DNA of 28,205 nt, taken from Chlorokybus atmophyticus. Taxonomy: Eukaryota; Plantae; Mesostigma and Chlorokybus algae. The stretch is from contig RHPI01001960.1 of NCBI GenBank assembly GCA_009103225.1, forward strand, positions 1-28,205. Reading direction: 5' to 3'. How positions within the stretch are numbered: the stretch's first letter is position 1; each line of letters opens with the position of its first letter. The position numbers and the translations under genes were made by a program. A model generated the notes under the pieces. It was given only the letters and a program-made list of their open reading frames with translations. It was not told where the DNA came from and made no database searches. This document shows positions 21,340 to 28,205 of the stretch, piece after piece.

Positions 21340-22963
21340 NAGCTGCAAGTGCGCGCGCGCGCATACGCACACGCGCATGCGCACTTGCTGCTACTAGTAG
21401 TCTTGCAGAGAGAGAGAGAGAGAGAGAGGACTTACTTGGCCATTGCTTTAATGGGGCCGAGGACAATTTCAAGACAACGATGCAAAAGATCCAGTTTGGC
21501 CCACTTGAATTGTCTGGATTTTCTGCCAAGACCTCGCTTGGGGAGAGGCCGCAAGGTAGGCAAATAACCAACCAGCCATTTGGCGTCTTTATTTCTAAAG
21601 CGCTTTGCGATATTGAACAAGCTGACTGAAATTGGCCAGCAAGATTGTCCTTTCTGATTAACGGGAGTACTATCGCTGAAAAAAACGAGCATTGCACATG
21701 TGGCACCCTCTGGAAGCAATGCCTGTTACAAGCCACATCAGCAACCACACGGATACAACTGTGGCCTTTCACATAACGACATGTAAGCAATACCAACAAC
21801 ATACACCACATATGTACACGAGCACAATCAGCTAGCAGTACCTGAACATCGTTCCATGATATGCAGGTGTCTGGGCTTGCATAAATGCGACCTTCGCCGG
21901 CAGTCAGCACCTTTGAATACAGCACGAAGTCCACCTGGAAGCGATTGTCACACCACATCTCAGCAAGCACTTCACCCATGTTGCGGTGGGTGAAGTAGAC
22001 ATCTTGTCCATACTCTGTCCGCGTTAGGTTGGTCCTCACCCAACCCTGTCACATTATGCAAACCAACTTAGACGTACTCCCGTGCACACGTGTAAGTGCA
22101 CGCATGCGTGCGTACGCGTGTGCATGCGTATGCGAGCACGCGCGTGTATGTATGCGTGCGTGGGTTCTATGTGCATGCGTGCCTGCGCATGCATATGCGT
22201 GGGAGCGTGTGCATATGATGGTGTGCATGCTTGCCCGCATGCCATTGCATTTAAGGTGAGGGGGACATACGCATGCGTGCAATGCATGTGTTAAAATGTC
22301 CACAAGTGACCTCACGAAGACCAAGAAGAATATGTCACCTGTTGTACTTGCGCCTCAGCGAAAGCTTTACAATTTTGCGCGGTGCGAACTAGCAGTTGCT
22401 CAGGGTGGAAGGACGGATGCCGAAGCAGTCGCAATAATCTATTGATGTCTGCATCTGATTGCCCTCGCCCTCCTCGACTTTCAAAGCAAAACCTCACAAA
22501 CTCTGCAGTCACAGCAAAAGGTCCTAGTTGCTGCCTAAGTTGTTGCTGCCGAGCTGCCTCCTGATCCGCGTCGCGGTCTTGTGTAGTTGCGAGATGCAAA
22601 GCATCATCAATGCCTTGGAATGTCCAGATGGGTGCATCTGGTAGGTTGACATCGCCAGACGGGTTGGCTGCAGGAGGTGAGCGCGGACTTTGACTGTTAC
22701 TGTGGACTTGGTGTGTTGCATGATGGTTGCTTGGGTCTTGCGGCATCCAGTCAGCTGCTCTATCAACTTGCTCATCTAGAACTCTCTCCACATGTTGAGT
22801 AATTGACACAGGCAGTTGTGCGTGTAGACGGTCAAGATCCAGGTCGTCGGCGATATCGGTAGCAGCTCGCACGCGACAACGCGCGCTGAAGTTGACATGT
22901 GCAGCTCTTGCGCAATGCGTCGTAAAACTCTCGGCCACATGCATTGCATGCAAACCCAGCCAT
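18290..22963 (-). pseudogene. Plavaka-family transposase, multi-exon, with 1-2 frameshifts
   Basis: N-terminal zinc finger MAGFACNACGREF(frameshift)...H...C; GPF...INRLLRLL; YFTHRN...RIYAS...W; LPEGATCAMLVFFSDST...WPISVSLFNI...WLVGYLP; VYPFLASWITDWPE; ERMHQAVLGV; NTVKYHALKHY...LGPLDEYDAQSWEEDHK; WYGQVRLLF...LVRWY...YDVV...AHIVPDF...FFIN. In-frame introns at 22046-22338, 21723-21841 and 21114-21435. Confidence 0.88.
21187..21429. repeat. (AG)n microsatellites within a local duplication spanning a single N (intronic)
   Basis: The AGCTGCAAGTGCGCGC...GTCTTGC(AG)n block starts at both 21187 and 21341; N at 21340. Confidence 0.9.
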
Positions 22964-23150
22964 ATGTGCCTGCGTAAGCACGTCAAGCGATTAGATACAC
23001 ATACACCATTTCCCATAAACATGCACTGGTGCATTCCAACATGTATAGCCTACTGTGGTCACTGATTTGCTAAATTCTCCACACTCAGATGCTAGCAAGG
23101 CATGCGCAACAGTTGGTCATAAGGCAATGAGGCCCTGCATGCGGAAGTCT

Positions 23151-23221
23151 ATGTCAGTCTACTGTTCACTTCACCTCATGAACGGTGGATTCATGAGGTG
23201 CACTGAACAGTAGGCTGACAT
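23151..23221. repeat. 71-nt near-perfect inverted repeat
   Basis: 32-bp arms (ATGTCAGTCTACTGTTCA-CTT-CACCTCATGAA and its complement) with a 7-nt loop. Confidence 0.88.
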
Positions 23222-24246
23222 GCACTAACATAAATAACATAACATAAACTCAGATTATAGCTCATAAAGAGATTAAACCAATGAACGGTAAACTTGTTCT
23301 CTCAAGCTACCGAGAGAAAGGCTTAGACCTTAGCCTATTCTCTTGGCAGCATAGACTGAGATCTCAAGTTCTCTAGGATTACATCCCCAGTTCCTGTGTA
23401 GTGTCAACTATGTACGTTACGCAACCTGGCAATTTGGCCATATTTACCGGTACCAGGCAACCACATAATGTGCTTTACTCCGTCGCAATAGACTAGTTTA
23501 ACGCATGCAGAATTGAAGTCCCTTGCAACTTGGCAGTGTTTACCGCTACCACACAGCGCATGCACATGCACATGCACTTTAGTCATGCGCTTACTACACG
23601 TTCTTTGACCAGGCGCAACCAAGATCCAGCCTCCTGGCAGCCTCTTGGCTGCCCTCCTTCCTGCCGCCGCCGCTGCCGCCTGCGCCCGGCTGTACGTAGG
23701 CTGCTATAATTAGGGTTTGATTGCAGGGCATTGAGTCCGCATGTAGGTTCCACCGTGAGCACGCAGAGCGGTAGCGCCCTTAGCGACAAGCCGGTGCTGG
23801 CGGCGGTCTTTGGCGGCAAGGAGGCAAGGTGGAAAGGTGCGCCTTGGTTTGGCTTGCATAGACAGCCTGTGCGTTGGCTTGCATGCACAGTCTGTGCTTC
23901 TAAGCAACCATGAGTCACATCAAGCCCAAGGTCAACAAGCTGCCCCAGGCTGTTTGAAACTGAGTTGCCTAGCAGCGTGCTGTAGCAGGGATCTGTAGCA
24001 CAAGCAGTCTTCATCATATGCTCCGGCATTTACTGATTGTTATGTGCATTGCATGCACTCACTCGTTTTTGTGTCGTATGCTCAGCCCTGTTACATGCAT
24101 TGCATTTGAAAATCAGTTCTTCTGTGTGCAGTATGCTCAGTACTGTAAAGTGATAGCAAATGCCTGTTGCTTAGCATTGCAACATGGAGGTAGCTAGCAC
24201 GTGTACGTATAGGTGCCAGGAAGTTTTGCTGTAGTACATGTTGCAG

Positions 24247-26631
24247 GCAGGGGACGCTGGCTTAACCTCCAAACCTCAGTTAACTAGTAGGCAAGCTGAG
24301 GAAGCTGAGGACGCTGGCATGGCCTCCCAATCTCAGCGTCCGACCAGAAAGCAAGCACAGCAGGCGATAGCCAACCTGACGCAGCAGCTTGCCAGTCGAA
24401 AACGCAAGGCACCGAATGACAAGGAGGTAAGCAGCAGTTCAACACGCTTGCACACATGATGTCTTGCTGCGCTGGTTGTATTCAGTGCGTTATATGCACA
24501 AGACAGTTGATTACAGCTGTAACGTGGTGCTGCGAGAGCTGCCAAGTTTGCGGCTGCACTCTCAGTTGGCTTCAAGCCAGTCCATTGTGCACCTGCGCTT
24601 GACTGCAAGCTGCAATGTTTGCAAGTTGCCAAGCTTACAGTTGATGCTAGTTCTATAGAACTATCGGCTAACTTACTACCTGCAGGCTACCCAAGCAGTG
24701 ACTCAACCAAAGCAAGCTCCATCAGCACTGATCGAGGCTTCACCCTTGCCTGCAACAACCACCACAACAGCGTCGGCCCGACGCACGGCACCAGCCAAGT
24801 CTACCAGCCAACTACGACGTATAGGTACACAAGCAGCCATACCAGTACTAGTAGTTGATCGGAGCACTCTCACCAATGCATTTCCTAGTAGGCTAACAGC
24901 TGCTGCTATTTGCAACCTTGCAACATTGAATCTCACATTGCTCTACAGGTCTAGTGCTGTAACGTATGAGTTGCATGACACTGCGGTTGTGCCGTGGGCA
25001 GTTAGCGATGACGAAGACGATGACATGGATGAGGAGAGGAACGCCCACAATGACTTGGACGATGAACTTGATGATGACGACGACAACATTAATCACGATG
25101 ATGTTGCCGGTCATCCTCCGGCAAGCAACGCACGCGCCTTTCTTGATGACATAGCTCAAGGTGCGGTTGACATGAACATAGTCTATGGCGCTCGGCGCAT
25201 GTCACACTATCAGTAGTAATTGCTTGATAACGTGCGCTTGCAGTTGGTGGCAACCAACTGCCTGTGGCTGCGCGTCAACGCGCGCAAAGCACTAGACCGC
25301 CACAAGTGACCAGCGAGGTGCTGCTTCCAGCGCACACCCACATCAGGCCCATCGCCGCTCAGATTACAGCGGCGCGCGATCAAGCGCAACTTCATAGCAG
25401 TGCACGCCGTGACGTTGCAGCACGCGTGCCTACTAGTGGTGCAACCGAGCAGCGTAGCGCGCGATCTGCGTCGAGCTTGGATGTACTCAAGGACTACCTC
25501 AATACGGCAGGCAGCAATGAAATCCGCAAAGCTTTCGAGTACTTCTACCAGCTGCCTATGCTCTACAACGGTAAACCCACAGCCGCGCGGCTTGCACAGC
25601 TTGCGGCATTGAAGAAAGGTAAGGGCATGTACGCGTGTATGTCTTGAACTCAACTCGTTGACGTGCAAGGTTGCATTCAATGTTTGGAACTTTACAGATA
25701 GCGCATACCGCCGCCATGGACGCTTAGAATGGGGTGACGAGCGGTTCGGACGTTTGCTGCAAAAAGTTTGGTGCTCGCAGCGAGGAGCAGGTACGCGGTG
25801 CAGAGCTTCACATTCTGTTGCAGTTTTAGAATCTACGACCTTCATGTGGTAGGTGATGTACATTAACTAATATATCGCACAAAGGTCCAGCTGACATGTG
25901 GAGCTGGCGCTGGACCTTTTCAACTCTGATGTTTGCAACCTTCACTCTACATGAAAGTCCAACGCCAGCTGCACAATGTGGAGCTGGCGCTGGACCTTTC
26001 CAGCTCTGATGCTTGCAACCTTCACATCATTTCAAGGTCAAGCGCCAGCTCCACATGTGCAGCTGGCGTTGGACCTTTTCAGCTCTACTGTTTGTGTTTA
26101 CATGAAGGTCCAGCGCCAGCTCCACATGTGGTCTCCCCAGGTTGGCGCTGGACCTTTTCAGCTCCGTTGTTTGCCACTTTCATTCGTGCCACTTTCATGC
26201 AATCCAATATCTGCCCTTAGGTGATGTGGAGCTGGCGCTGGACAGCGAGGAAAGAGGAAAGCGAGGCGACGCCGTTGCGCGTAGCTGTCACAAAGGAGCA
26301 GCTGGCTTTCACAGTCGCTGTGGTAAGTACGTGATGCATGCTTGATTGAAACAAGGTTAGCAAAGGAGTCACAACACTTTGTAGGTGCGATTGCTCGCGT
26401 GCGAATGAACTTCATGCACTCATGCTTCTTGCACAGGTGCTTCAGTTCCTTGTCAATCAAACCATTCAAGACAAAAAAGACCCTGTTGCCTACTTCAACA
26501 AGGTTGTCCAGTATGTTAACAACACCCACATGGACACGCTTGAGATCGTTAACGCGCCGGCACTGCCTACTGTTGAAGGCCTGCCGGGAGGGGAAGGCGA
26601 TCTTGAAGACGCGGAAGACTTCACCATTTGA
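24247..26631 (+). CDS. Spliced orphan gene divergent from the Plavaka transposase; 5' end uncertain; one frameshift
   Basis: Phase-consistent exons 24247-24426, 24686-25160, 25244-25618, 25698-25790, 26221-26322 and 26437-26631, provided one extra A is removed from the A5 run near 25761. Basic/acidic low-complexity N-terminus and helical C-terminus (...RHGRLEWGDERF...EEQVMWSWRW...VLQFLVNQ...). Confidence 0.55.
25882..26156. repeat. Intronic tandem array of four ~44-bp palindromes, period about 75 bp
   Basis: Consensus AAGGTCCAGCGCCAGCTCCACATGTGGAGCTGGCGCTGGACCTT at 25882, 25955, 26034 and 26105. Confidence 0.92.
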
Positions 26632-26871
26632 GTGGTAGTTGTGCTTGCATGCAGTAGCAGTTGATTGTGTTAGCTTGTGTCGTACGGCAGAACGGCACAA
26701 CCCTTGTAAAACCCCACAAGGGCACACCTGCAGAGTTCTACTAGCGTTGTGTCCTAGTAGACCAGTGTGGACTTGAACTTCCAGCGCTCACATTGAGCGC
26801 GACATGTATTGTAACCACAATGTTCTTGATTGGCACTTTGCATTCACATTGAACAGGTACTTATTCACTAT

Positions 26872-27028
26872 GACTGCAACGTGCATTCTACATCATGTCA
26901 ACGACCGTTGATGTTAGGTTAAGTGATGCTGCAACAACACAGCATCAATGCGACTGCTATGTGCATTCTACAGCATGTCAACGACCATCAAGTCAACGTC
27001 AAGTGATGCTGCAACAACACAACATCAA
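26872..27028. repeat. Two-copy tandem repeat of an 80-bp unit
   Basis: GTGCATTCTACA at 26881 and 26961; AAGTGATGCTGCAACAACAC at 26921 and 27001. Confidence 0.85.
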
Positions 27029-28205
27029 CGCTTGGCACAAGGGGTTGTGTTGATAACACATGCATGTTGCATCAGCGTTAGAAGTATATGACATGTGCAT
27101 GCATCAACATCTGTTTTGTTCAATGTTGCACAACACCAACCTTGCATGCAATCAGTGTCAAAGCAATCGTCGTCAAGGCGATAGCAATTGCATGCGTGTG
27201 TGACATGTTAACAACTGGCATTGTACAATGAGCATTCAACCAATGCCACTTCAGCAATCTTTGTTACTTCAATACAAAGTAACGTGAGGCAATGCTAATG
27301 CTATGTTGAAACAACTCGTCTACACTTTGGTGACGACGTGCAAACTCCATTGGACATAGCTTGGAAAAGCGCATGCGCGACACGGCTTTGCGATTCTTTC
27401 CTGTGTTCCTTTCTGCAACTGGACGCACCTGGATACGGCGCTGAGCACCTTGGGCGCGATGTGTGCGTGGTCCTGCAACATGTCTTTGTTGCAAACCAAT
27501 GTAACAGGTTTGGTCACCTCTGCATGCTAATGACAATCACCCTTACCAGCCTCTGGCATTGGTGATGCTTGCATGGAAGAGTATGAAGGCACTGGTGTTG
27601 ATGGTTGCTGCAACCAAAGTATATCCTATCCATCGTTACGTGCACAGGCTTCGTATCATGCATATGCAGTCAACCAACAAGTCCATGCAACTTACAGCAC
27701 CTGCGATGATGACGCCGTTGCAAGTGAGGGCTGCATCGGTGACGCATCAGTCGTAAGGGCAATGGCCTCTGGTTCAGCACGTGCAACGCCTTGGGCACGC
27801 TGATGCAAGTTGGCAGATGATAAGTTACACTATACATATGCTGCTCTGACTGTGACACACAATGTGCGGTACCTGGGTGGCTTTTCCAACCGGCGTTACA
27901 GGTTGTCTTTGAGCCCTACCGCCGAGGCCACTTTGCCCTTCTTGGCAACCTTCGGTGTCAGGTATGTGCGCATCGTGCTGCATGTTCAGAGATCAAGCAC
28001 AAGTACAGGTTAGACTGTCACGTGTTGGCAACAGCATGTGCAACGACGTGTGACTGTGCACGCATTCATACCCACATGCACTCATGTGTGTCTTGCGTGG
28101 CCGCGGGCACATGCACAAACATGCAGCACATGTGCACACATACACCTGCACACATACTCAACGCATACACAGGTGCACACAGGTGCGAGCACATGCAGCC
28201 CCCCC

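Noticed and set aside
20978-21629. ERER/SLSL ORFs
   Set aside because: Translation of the (AG)n microsatellite in an intron.
25882-26156. CRISPR array
   Set aside because: The inter-palindrome segments resemble each other, so this is a tandem repeat rather than spacers.
18290-28205. TET/JBP cargo gene
   Set aside because: No HxD...H...R 2OG-Fe dioxygenase pattern was seen in any listed ORF.

Overview
Eukaryotic, transposon-dense window with short GT-AG introns, roughly balanced GC and TGCA-rich non-coding DNA; a green-algal-type genome is an inference. Left half: a decayed chromodomain-bearing Ty3/gypsy element (+, 517-12182; LTRs about 91% identical). Its 5' LTR is cut by a repeat-rich end resembling a DNA-transposon terminus. 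Its 3' LTR is split by a younger Ty1/copia element (-, 6695-11686; LTRs about 98% identical; PBS matching the tRNA-iMet anticodon arm). The gypsy element also has a degenerate segment resembling a Dam/DIRS-type N6-adenine DNA methyltransferase between gag and protease, and a miniature PPT-LTR-PBS unit in its leader. Right half: a decayed CACTA/EnSpm transposase (+), an unclassified palindrome-rich insert, the spliced C-terminal part of a DUF6729-like gene (-), a multi-exon Plavaka transposase (-), and a divergently oriented spliced orphan gene (+) whose intron holds palindromes copied from the next exon. All family assignments come from motif recognition by eye; no searches were run.
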